From assembly GCA_035221665.1 (NCBI GenBank), contig CM069164.1:20336001-20400000 (forward strand): a DNA stretch of 64,000 bases, written 5' to 3'. The DNA is from Okamejei kenojei. Lineage: Eukaryota. This document shows positions 53,129-64,000 of the stretch, piece after piece (position 1 is the stretch's first letter; every line of letters begins with the position of its first letter). The notes under the pieces are model-generated. The model was not told the origin of the DNA. It was given only the letters and a program-made list of their open reading frames with translations, and made no database searches. The position numbers and the translations under genes are program-made.

Positions 53129-53241
53129 GCCCGCAGCCGGCAGTCACAGCTCTATTTATACCCAGCTCGCTGGCCGCTCACCTCGCCCGGCGACACCGCA
53201 CCGCCGCCCCGCCTCCCCGTGCTCATTGGCTCGGTCCGCCC
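53124..53241 (-). promoter_or_regulatory. Core promoter: CCAAT box, GC boxes, TATA box and initiator
   Basis: Minus strand: CCAAT 53229-53225, GGGGAGGCGGGGCGG about 53218-53204, TATAAATAG from 53160, Inr-like GGCAGT with its A at 53128 (32 nt after the TATA start). CpG-rich context. Confidence 0.8.
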
Positions 53242-53334
53242 TCTGTGACAGCGAGCGGCTGCCGCCCGCCCGCCGAGGGGGAGACTCCGGCCCTCGGGGG
53301 AAGCCAACCGGCCGCCCCATCCCAGCTCAACACC

Positions 53335-54560
53335 ACCACATCCTTCACGCCCCTCTCCACACCCCTCACATCCATCACACCCCTTACCTCCCTCACACCT
53401 CCTCGTCTCCCCTCTCCACACCCCTCACATCCATCACACCTCCTCGTCTCCCCTCTCCACACCCCTGCACCTCACCTCCTCTCCATACCCCTCACTCCCT
53501 CTCAACACCCATCACACTGACACTCCTCATCTCCCCATCCACACCCCTGCACCTCACCTCCTCTCCATACCCTCACTCCCTCTCCACACCCCTCACATCC
53601 ATCACACCTCCTCGTCTCCCCTCTCCACACCCCTGCACCTCACCTCCTCTCCATACCCCTCACTCCCTCTCCACACCCATCACACTGACACTCCTCATCT
53701 CCCCATCCACACCCTCACTCCCTCTCCACACCCCTGCACCTCACCTCCTCTCCATACCCTCACATCCATCACACCCCTTACCTACCTCACACCTCCTCGT
53801 CTCCCCTCTCCACACCACTGCACCTCACCTCCTCTCCATACCCCTCACTCCCTCTCCACACCCCTCACATCCATCACACCCCTTACCTCCCTCACACCTC
53901 CTCGTCTCCCCTCTCCACACCCCTCACATCCATCACACCTCCTCGTCTCCCCTCTTCACACCCCTGCACCTCACCTCCTCTCCATACCCCTCACTCCCTC
54001 TCCACACCCATCACATCCATCACACTGACACTCCTCATCTCCCTGTCCACACCCCTCACTCCCTCTCCACACCCCTGCACCTCACCTCCTCTCCATACCC
54101 CTCACTCCCTCCCCACACCCCTCACATCCATCACACCCCTTACCTCCCTCACACCTCCTCGTCTCCCCTCTCCACACCCCTGCACCTCACCTCCTCTCCA
54201 TACCCCTCACTCCCTCTCCACACCCATCACACTGACACTCCTCATCTCCCCATCCACACCCCTCACCCCCTCTCCACACCCCTCACCTCCCTCACACTCA
54301 TCTCCCCATCCACGCCCCTCACACCTGCACCTCACCTCCTCTCCACACCCTTCATCTGCATCACAGCCCTCACCTCCCCCACTCCCCTCCCGCACACTTC
54401 TCATCCTCCCTCCACACCGCTCACCTCCCCCACATCCTTCACCATCCCCACCTCATCACTTTACCCCCACAGCTCTCTCGCCCATCCCATCCACATCCTT
54501 ATCGCACCTCTCCCATCTTTTTATCACCATTACACCCTCACCTCATGCCCCCTCTCACTT
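53335..54560. repeat. C-rich compound minisatellite upstream of the promoter
   Basis: Shuffled modules CCTCACATCCATCACACC, TCCTCGTCTCCCCTCTCCACACC, CCTGCACCTCACCTCCTCTCCATACC, CCTCACTCCCTCTCCACAC; almost no G on the plus strand. Confidence 0.92.
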
Positions 54561-54999
54561 CTCCTCACCTGCACCACACCCACACTCCTCTTTAGCCCTT
54601 CCCTCCTCACCCCATCTCCTTCTTATTGTCTCTCCCCTTGCTACTTGCCTCCAATAAGAATAATTTACAAAAGACAATTAACCTTTCAGCACACACTAGT
54701 CTGAAACTTGTGGTCACAGAGAGAACGTTCAGACATCCTGGAGAAAGCAACCGAGGTCAGCATATATCTCAAGTCCCTGCAGCATTGAGGCACCAGCATT
54801 AAATGTTGTGCCAAATGCTGTTCCATCTCATTCTACCTCATTCATTCGTACCACAACCTCTCACCATTTGATTCCAGTTAACCCCTTTGTTTCCTCTCAT
54901 TAACCTCAGATCATTGATTCTTTTCCCTCCCCAATCTTCGGATTCAATGTCACTCTGCCACCGTCTCCCTCATCCTCACTCCATGTTACAATTGTAATG

Positions 55000-57030
55000 C
55001 AATAACCATGGTGGACTTCAACCTACGCATATACCATGGAAACCAAATTAGCAGCAGTAGGATGGAGGATGTATTCACAGTATCCATACAAGGTGGGATT
55101 TTTAGAGTTCTATGTTGTGGAACCAATTAGAAAACAGGCTATTTTAAATTCAATGTGCAATGAGAAAGGACTAATAACGTGGGTAAAAAGAATGATTATA
55201 TTACCGAAAAAAGTTTGCAAGTGAATTAGTTCTATTGCAACCCTGATCTTAAAACGAAACAAAACCAACTATGAATGCATGAGGCACCTATGGTTCTGAT
55301 AAGTTGAAAATCTACTTTAAAAATGTCTGACAGTAGACAACCAATCTGATATTTAGAGAATTAATACATAGATTACAACAAATACATTTCTATTTTAAGG
55401 CAGTAAAACACCAAAAATGTATGGAAGTATTAATGGAACTTAAAGTCGATAAATCCTGGGACTCACGACTTAGTGTTTTTACCAAACCTTAAAACCTGGC
55501 AGTGGAGATATTGGATGTATTGATTGTCAACTTCCAGTTTAAGACCAGCTAGCCTGACATTGGTTGCAGAGCAAATGTAGGAATCTATTATTATGGAAGT
55601 GATAGAAGGGCACATTGAAAGAAATTATAAGATTCAGCTGTCAACCTAGATTTATGAAAGGGAAATCAGATTTGATATTGTAGTTAACAAAATTGCATAA
55701 GTATAAACCCGTGGTTGTGCAGTATTCAAATTTTCATAAGATTTAATTGGAAAATGTGATACTATGGTAATATACTGCTGATTGGAGATTAGTTAATGAG
55801 CTAGGTTTGGAGACTGAACCTAACGGAGTGCCACAGGGGTTGGTGCTGGGGCCCAGGTGTGTGGGGGCTTGGATTCTTGGAGTCAGAAAGAACGGAAAAA
55901 TGTCCTCTGGCCCACCTAATCTGTGCCAATTTGGACGAGGGAGTCAAGGGGTATGGGTTAGTCCATGCATTTTAGTATGGCATATGAATAAAGTCACCCA
56001 TGGTAGGCTGACCCAGAAGATTAAGGTGGATGTGATTAACAATGACTTGGTCTTATGGATTCAGAAATGGCTTAATGATGGAAGACAGAGGATTGTGGTG
56101 GATGGAATTCAATCTGAGTAAATGTGATGTGTGGAAACATTGAGGTACAGAGGGATATTGGGGTCCGTCAACAACCCTGCAAGTGGCAACACAAGTAGAT
56201 AGAGTGGTAAAGCAGGCATATGGTATGCTTGTTTTCATAGCTCAGGGCATCGAGTACAAGAGCCAGGAAGACATAATACAGCTTTATAGGACATTGATTA
56301 GGCTGCATTTGGAGTATTGCATCCAGTTCTGGTCAGTAAGGGTGTGGAGGCTTTGGAAAGAGTGAACATCTGGAACATCCAGGTTCAGGAACAGCTTCTT
56401 CCCCACAGCCATCCGGCTATTAAACACAACATCAAACAAGCTCTGAACAATATCTGTTTATTTATTGTATATATATATGGTCTATGGTATATAGACACAC
56501 TGAACTTTTATCTCCTGTTCTGTATTATGTTTACATATTCTGTTGTGCTGCAGCAAGCAAGAATTTCATTGTCCTATCTGGGACACATGGCAATAAAGCT
56601 CTCTTGACTTGACTCTTGAGAGGCGGTTTACCAAAATGATGCCTGGGATTAGAGGGTATTGCCAGAGGTTGCATGGGGACATATGAGAGGTACAGATAGG
56701 ATAGATAATAAGAATCTTTTTCCCAGGATGGAAAAATCAAATACTAACGGGCATAGCTTTAAGGTGAGAGGGGCAAAGTTTAAAGAAGATGTGTGGGGCA
56801 AGTCTTTTTACAAAGAGGGTGGTGAATTCCTGGAGTGGTGGCTGAGGCAGATATGATTTAAGAGACTTAACGTGGCATTTAAGAGACTTTTGGATAGGCA
56901 CATGGATATGCAGGTAGTGGAGCGATATGGATTACGTGCAGGCTGCTAAGAGTTGGTCTTGGCATCTTGTCCAGCACAGACATTGTGAGCCTAAGAGCCT
57001 GTTCTTGTGCTGTATTGTTTTATATTCTAA
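55000..57030 (+). mobile_element. Cluster of decayed CR1 ORF2 fragments with a nested insertion
   Basis: GVPQGLVLGP, WIQKWLNDGRQRIVVDG, LYRTLIRLHLEYCIQFWS and GHSFKVRG motifs. Confidence 0.8.
56364..56616 (+). mobile_element. 3' end of a Rex1/Babar-like non-LTR element inserted in CR1
   Basis: RFRNSFFPTAIRLLN-like end, AATAAA and (gacttgactctt) tail; the CR1 sequence resumes directly afterwards. Confidence 0.6.
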
Positions 57031-57239
57031 AAGTGGTGCTGAAGTAAAAGATCAGCCAAGATCTTATTGAATGCAAGCAGGCTCAAGAAGATGGGTTGAG
57101 AGGGATAGGGCCAAAAGCAGGCAGGTGGGGCTAGTTTAAATGGGGTATGTTGGTCGCCATGAGCAAGTTCGGCTGAAAGGTCTGTTTCCACACTGTATGA
57201 CTATAACTCTAAAATGAATGATCTACCTATGTTCATGCT

Positions 57240-57805
57240 TTGCCCTCACCCTCCCTCCCTCCATTATTCTCTCAACTATTCTCATTTCTGTCCCTTCCTC
57301 TTCTTCCTGTAATCTGTAACATTCTCTATCCTTCACGCCTCCTTACTTGCAGCTCTCCTTTCTTCCCTCCATCCTTCACTCCCACTCTTTCCATTCCTCT
57401 TTCTTTGTATCTTTGTCCTTTTCTAGTACTAATTCTTCCTGCCCTCTACACCCTTTCTTACCTACTCAGTCCTTCCCACCCCTCCATCAAACTCCCTGTC
57501 CAATTAGCTACCTCCCCCCCCCCCCCCCCCCCCCCTTTGCTATTCAGCCCACATTACTTCCTCATTCCCCTTCTTCCTTTCTCTTCCGTGGTCACATCCC
57601 ACTGGTTTCACTTTTCCCTTTCATCTCTTCATCCCTCAATCTCACCTCGCCCTGCCTTGCCCTCTCTCTGCTTCCCAGCCCTTTCTTTTGCCACCTCCCC
57701 TCGTGCTCATCAGATCTCAGTTCTTCTTTCCCCACTAAACCTTCCTCAACTCACTCTCTTTTTCTTGTCTCTCCCTTTTCTTTTGTCTCTTCTTCACTCT
57801 CAGAG
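57240..57805. repeat. Polypyrimidine low-complexity tract
   Basis: CT-rich with an internal poly-C run. Confidence 0.8.
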
Positions 57806-60800
57806 AATCTCATTGGCACTCAATGCATTGATATGAAATTTAACATTCAACTTAACCCCCCCCCCCCCCCCCCCCCCCCCAACAGGTTGCACCTCTGGGC
57901 ACATGGTGCTCATCAGCTGCTGTTTCACCCACTATTCAGTGAAGGAATGTTGACCTACAGCCCTAGAATTTTTCATTATTCTACAGCCCTAGAATTTATG
58001 GGTCCCTTTACACATTGTGGATTACATTTTATTCCTTGATCATTTTGAATGAAACAAGAAATAATTTACAAATCTCACCAGGGAGTACAAGGGTTACTAA
58101 GAATAAACATCATAGAATGGGTGGTTTCTAACACAACATATTTCCCTTCATTGTAGTCTACTTCTGATGAGTTTATATTGGAACGAAGGACGTGTTTTAA
58201 TTTGGCAATGTATAAATCTGTAACTCAACACACATTATACCAATGTTCCTAAATCTCTAACAGAAACTTAGCAATCACAAGTTTCATTGCTGTTTCTTCT
58301 ACTTGCAGCTTACTTGAACATCTCCAATTGTTTTCATATACCTTTTATTATCCTTAACTAATTCTCAATTGCAGAGCTAATGCATTATATCATCGATATG
58401 AATTATTGTGATCCATACAGGCATATGAATTTGTAGACAACATTCCAATTCACACAAAATCTATATTAACCAATTGAAAGTCAAAACTAAAATCTAAATA
58501 CTCTCCAATTAACGGACACCTATTTTCCAATAACATTATAAAAAATACTTAAATTAGAAAAAAAACATTTCTGGGAACTTTACGAGCGTAGTAAAAATTC
58601 AGATTCCAAATGGTTAACGATGGCATAGTAGGAGATGGAGAGGAAGGGTGAAGTTATTCCAGAAGGTCTCTAGTGATAGGGAAGAGATACCAAGGCTATT
58701 TGAAAAATGGACAAGCCGTGATGAAGAAGTGCTGCACATTTGCACTGGTGCAGGTCCGAAATGATGCTTCTGTGATGCCCCAGACCAGCAAAAAGAAAAT
58801 CATCACAATCCATACTCATTTCACATCACCACTAAAAAGAAATACACTAATCTTCTTTATGACACAGGAGGACATTAAACTATCAAGTCTATGCCATGTT
58901 ATGAAATAAACCAAAGACCCTATTTATTTCACTGCAATCTTTCCATATGTTCATTGAGTCATCACCAAAATATCTTACCACCAACCTATTCCAGGGGCAA
59001 TCTACAGGGGCCAATTAACCTACGAACCAGCAAGTTTATGGGATGTGGGAGAAACTAGAAACAGCAGAAGTATATGTAAATTCCACGCAGACAGCAGCAG
59101 AGGTCAGGGTCAATCCCAGGTTGCTGTAACTGTGAGGGCAGTTACACTTCCTGTTATCTCACTCTACTGCCCTCAAGGTTCAATCAATCGATATTCCAGT
59201 CAAACTAATATCTCAGCATTGTGCTCCAACCTAAACACATACCAATTCATCAAAGTTACAGAAGGTTGAAACATACCAGTAGACCAAGGAAGAGGGGCAG
59301 ACACCACATCCTCGTCAAGGGATCTACAAACAGTTGTTACAGCTTGGCCTGAGAGAAGATGCAAGAGGAGGTGCCCTGACTTCCTGCCAACCGGCCTTAA
59401 ACATTTGTCTCGGCCGCAATACCCATACCCAGTGAATGAATGCACGTGTCTGCTAGAATGTAAACGAGTTGCGCCAAACAAGGCCATACGATACGATAGA
59501 ACTTTATTTATCTCAAAAGAGAAATTGATCATGAATAAGGATTTTGATTGAAATAGAAAAGGAAAAGGAGAGAGCTGGTGGGAACAGCTGCTGGGTGAGC
59601 GAAACCTGATTGATGAGGATTGAGTTTCTATTCCGTGGTACTCAGGCCAGCAAAACTGGAGTGCAGGTGTCAAAAGCCATGGCTGATGATTTTTACAGCA
59701 GAAGATTTGGGATGTGATGTTGAACGGGACTCTTGAGCTGAGTAGTGCAAAGTTGGGATTCTATGAGGACGATTGAAATTGGGAAGAAGCGTGGAGAATG
59801 TCTATCAGGGAAAACCGGATGGCTTTAACACGGCTCACAAACAGCCCTATAAATATTATATGATGTGGATAAAAATGCTGAATCATTTTTTACATTTATT
59901 ACATTTAACATACTGAAATGTTGCTATAAACGAAGATTTTCCAGCTGTCACTGGTGCATTAATGTCACATTGTGATTCTCAATCAAACCAACAGCCATTC
60001 TTTCCCCCAGTAATTTGTGATCTTAATTTCATTAATTATAGAACCAGATAACAAATGTGCCCACATATTCTATTATGTTCAATAGAAACATTAGCTTTAT
60101 GAATAAAGGTGAAATATCAATCATTTTGAGTATAAATTAGTTCTTACCTGTATTTTAGAAAATTCATTTTCAAAATGTGCCAACATTTTTAGTTCATCGT
60201 TATTGATACAACCCAAGTGGCTTGCATTAGTCAGGGCTGCATTAATATACCAGGTTAAGTCATTAGTAAGCTGGTTATGATTTTATGACAGTGGTTTTGT
60301 GGACACTTTCACAAAATAACAGCTTTTTAGTACCAAATTCCATACCGCATTTTCAAATTGCCTAAATAGATTAGTCCAGTAACGTAACCATCACACCACT
60401 AAACTACTGAGTGGCCCTTGTACACTTTATTAGCTATGCAGTGTTTTAATTAGCACTGATGGGAAAGGTAATTTATAAATGCAAGTTTGTTCTTTCATTC
60501 TATTACTCTTCCAGTGTAGTCTCCTCATTTCTAACTGCAAGCTGCCTTCTGCCTGCTTGGTAGTCATTTTGAGCAAGTTTGTGGTTTTGCCAGAAACACT
60601 TTAAATCTGACAGCTATTCCTCACAATCCTGGCACAGTCAGGCAGGCTGAGCAGTAATTACTGAACTTTATGCCTTCACAGATATCCTTAGCATGTATAC
60701 AAAAATTCTTCAATGTGTCTTAAACCACCTGATATATGAAAAAATGTAAATGCTAGGGGAAAAAAAAACAGAAATTGAACAGCATTATTCCTTGTTCTTG

Positions 60801-63800
60801 TTTTCACTGAAATTAAAGTAGTAGATAATAAATATGCCCCTCCACAGGAGATGATAAATATTAAATAGAAACGCTAGCTGTGGGAATATTAGACAGAAGT
60901 AAAGGTTTAAAATGATTGTGAAGAACATTGTTTAATCTCTTTGGATAAATTTGAAATGTATAGATTTACAGCATGTTATACTTTTGTGTATGAGATTGCA
61001 AGTATCTTTAGATAGATACCATCTTGTCCATGATGACAAACTGGTAACTCTGGAAACCAGGGGGCACAATCTTCTATTTTTTGAATAGGCAGAAAATATT
61101 TTGAGCACAACATATTCACAGAAAGCAATGTGATGTTATGGGAAATGTTTACAAATCAAAACTTATTATTATTTTCAATCAGCTTGTATGTCCCATTTTA
61201 GATTGCTATTTTTCATTGCTACATTATCTAATCAATATTGATTAGTAAATACTTAAAAAGCGTAAAAGGTTAAAAATTCAGACTAATTAAAACTGCTCTC
61301 AGAGATTAATTCAAACTCCTCACATAAACAATAGCAAAAACAAATTTGCATTTAATATGTGGCTTTCATCCATTCAGAATGCCCAACAGCTTCACATCCA
61401 TTTTATGTTGATCTGCATTCAACAACCTAACAACAATGTACAAGGAGAATTCACAGAAAAGGAGTGATACCGTTTGGTGCCAATGGATATACAGATAGAG
61501 CCCCAGTTAAATATCTCATTTCAGGTCTCAGGAGTGAGACATGAATTCAACATTCTGACTGAGCAAATATAAGTAGATGCCACAGATCATTCATCGCTAA
61601 TATCAATAGACTTTCCAGTGAAATTGATATGTTTACAGTAGGACACATGCAAAATAAGTTTATCACTAGTTATGTTTTGTTCTGGTGAGGGAATCTCCTT
61701 ACAATAAGAACTGATTCTCTTTTATAACGCAATGGCTAACTAATTATTTTGAATATAGTTTGAAGACACTACCAAAACAAAGAGCTGTTCATTCATCATC
61801 ATTGTAAACATTACGAAGTTAAAAGTGGCTATTAATGGATTAATAAATTACAAGCACATACAATTTTCACTTAATCAGTGGTATCCCAATTGCCATCTAA
61901 CTCGGGTTCCATTGGGCTGGAAATAGCACAGTCAGCTTTGTTGCAAACAGTGGGTTTTACACATTGATATATCCACTGCCTTTCAATAACTATACGTATT
62001 TTAGCAGGTATAATGACCGCATGAAATACAACAGATTTTTTATTTTGCAAACAGAGGACAAATGATTTCTATTTTTTTTAATCAAGTCATAGAGTCATAC
62101 GGCATGGAAGCAGGTCCTTCAGCCCAACTTCCCCTTACCGACCAACACTGAATTGGACATGTGGAGGGAAGAGTTTAAAATAATTTAAATTTCTTAGCAG
62201 TATGGCCGGTATTGCTAATATTGCCAATTTATTAATGGTTTACATTATATATTGAAATGTTTTAAGTAAGACATGAATGCACAGTCTAAGTAATGTAGCA
62301 CAGAAACTGGCCCTTTAGTCTATCTTACCCATGCCAACCAAGATGCCCCATCTATGGTAGTCCCATTTGACCCATATCCTTCTATACCTATCCCATTGAT
62401 ATACCTGTCCAAATATCTTCTAAACGTTATGATAATACCTGCCTCAACTACCTCCTTTAGAAGCTCATTCCATATATCCACTGTCTTTTGTGTAAAAAAG
62501 TTGCCCTTTTTTTAAGTTCCTTTTAAATCTTTTCCCCCTCACTTTAAACCTATGTCCTCTGATCTTGATTCTCCCATCCTGGGTAAAGACGCTGTCATTT
62601 ACCCTATCTCTTCCTCTCATGGTCTTATACGCGTTTTATGTTTCTGAAACATCAAATTATCTATTTACCAAGGACGATCAAGTAAATACTAAGTGAGAAA
62701 CAGTTTTGCTCAGGGCAGCTTTTATGTAAGCCTGCTGAAAGTGGAGCAAAATATAATCTCAACAGCCAAGCTACCAGATGTCATTTATTTCAGAAAAGGT
62801 ACTCTGACTGTTCATTAGGTGGCAGCACCAGCAGCACTGTGGAGAGAAAGTTGCTGAAAGTGGGTGTAAAATTACAGAAATATATGATTTCTCTCTCCTG
62901 CTGGGGCAATATATATATATAATTAATTGGAAAAAAAATAATAGATTGGATAACTAGGAGATTGAAGAAACTGTTGATAATGTTGACTTACTTAATGGAA
63001 TCTTGAGCTAAACACAAAATGCTGGAGGAACTCTGAGGGTCAGGCAGCTTCTGGGGAGGGAATAGACATGATGTTTCGGGTCTTGATCTAAAACACCGCC
63101 AATCCATTCCCTCCCCAGATGCTGTCTCGCCTACTCAGTTTGCATATACTAAATAATCAGTTGGCTATCTTTCTTTTGATTTTAACAGTGATTCCACATG
63201 ACATCTTTTTTTTTTAACAGCCCATGTAACACACATTAAAATGACAGGTATTTCTACCTCAATTGATTTTATGTTACTAACTTTCTATCACCTTTTAAAC
63301 ATCATCAGTACACCCAAGCTTATCTCATGATAGGGTGGAATTTCCTCTTTTTAAAGTAAATATATGTGTGTCATTCTCTATTAATGGCCACCTACTAAAT
63401 ATAATTTCTTGATTGTGCTTTTAATGATTTTATTATCAAAAAAAAAAATTCTCCTTTTTCTCATTAAAAAAGGAACCCTATGGCTTGGTGCCAGTCTGAA
63501 TGAATTTAATGACGTGTTTCATCTCGTGTCCTATCTATATTATTCATATATCAAACATCGTGTCCAACACCACTCAAATTTGTCAGTCAATGATGGCAAT
63601 ACTTTGAGATTAGTGTATAATTTATTCAGGATTTGTCCAACAAAATCTATGTATTCGGGATAAATAGTAGCACGAAACTCATTGACCTACTCAGTGCGAA
63701 GTCCTGTCAGTGCAACAGTATGGAGCACGAAACAAATGGGAAGAATTGGATTGCACCCAAGATGTTTGAGAAAGTGAAATGATCATTATACACTGCAGTT

Positions 63801-64000
63801 GCCATGCACTAATAACATATAACACAGTCTGGACCAAGTAAGGGTCTTGGCCGAACTCTACCTTTAAAGGACTTTCTGTGGGTCCTGTTCCTTTTCAGCC
63901 ATTTTAAGACTGTAAAAACAAAGCAAATGGATAGACATAACAAGGAAAAGCATGGGACATTCTGACAAATCATCTAGAAAAATAACATACACAAATGGAT

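Noticed and set aside
53061-54704. 547-aa Pro/His/Thr/Ser-rich ORF on the plus strand
   Set aside because: By-product of the G-poor minisatellite (few stops possible); non-ATG start; runs across the promoter of the real gene.
57240-58039. 198-aa and 230-aa Leu/Pro/Ser-rich ORFs
   Set aside because: Translations of a polypyrimidine tract; apparent hydrophobicity is compositional.
60148-60270. Strong minus-strand donor (CAG|GTAAG) preceded by an open frame ending MLAHFENEFSKIQ, as a possible upstream coding exon
   Set aside because: Phase 0 does not fit exon 3 (phase 1), joining to the exon 2 acceptor hits a stop, and the peptide is not hydrophobic. A non-coding upstream exon is not excluded.

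Overview
Vertebrate genomic DNA; the repeat families (CR1 LINEs, V-type and Deu-type SINEs, Penelope-like elements) point to a cartilaginous fish, probably a skate or ray (inference). The window holds one complete 24-exon gene on the minus strand (about 53128 to 4583) of the CEMIP/CEMIP2 (KIAA1199/TMEM2) hyaluronidase family, with G8, GG and PbH1 domains. All 23 coding exons were traced by hand with GT-AG junctions and matching phases, giving 3867 nt (1288 aa). A TATA/CCAAT/GC-box/Inr promoter sits in a CpG island, followed upstream by a 1.2-kb C-rich minisatellite. The gene has CEMIP2 exon architecture but many CEMIP-like residues. The predicted N-terminus has neither a transmembrane anchor nor a signal peptide and is preceded by a strong-Kozak uORF whose stop overlaps the main ATG. 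Introns carry Penelope-derived minimal hammerhead-ribozyme motifs and fold-back palindromes. Repeat boundaries are approximate, and comparisons to human proteins are from memory rather than computed alignments.
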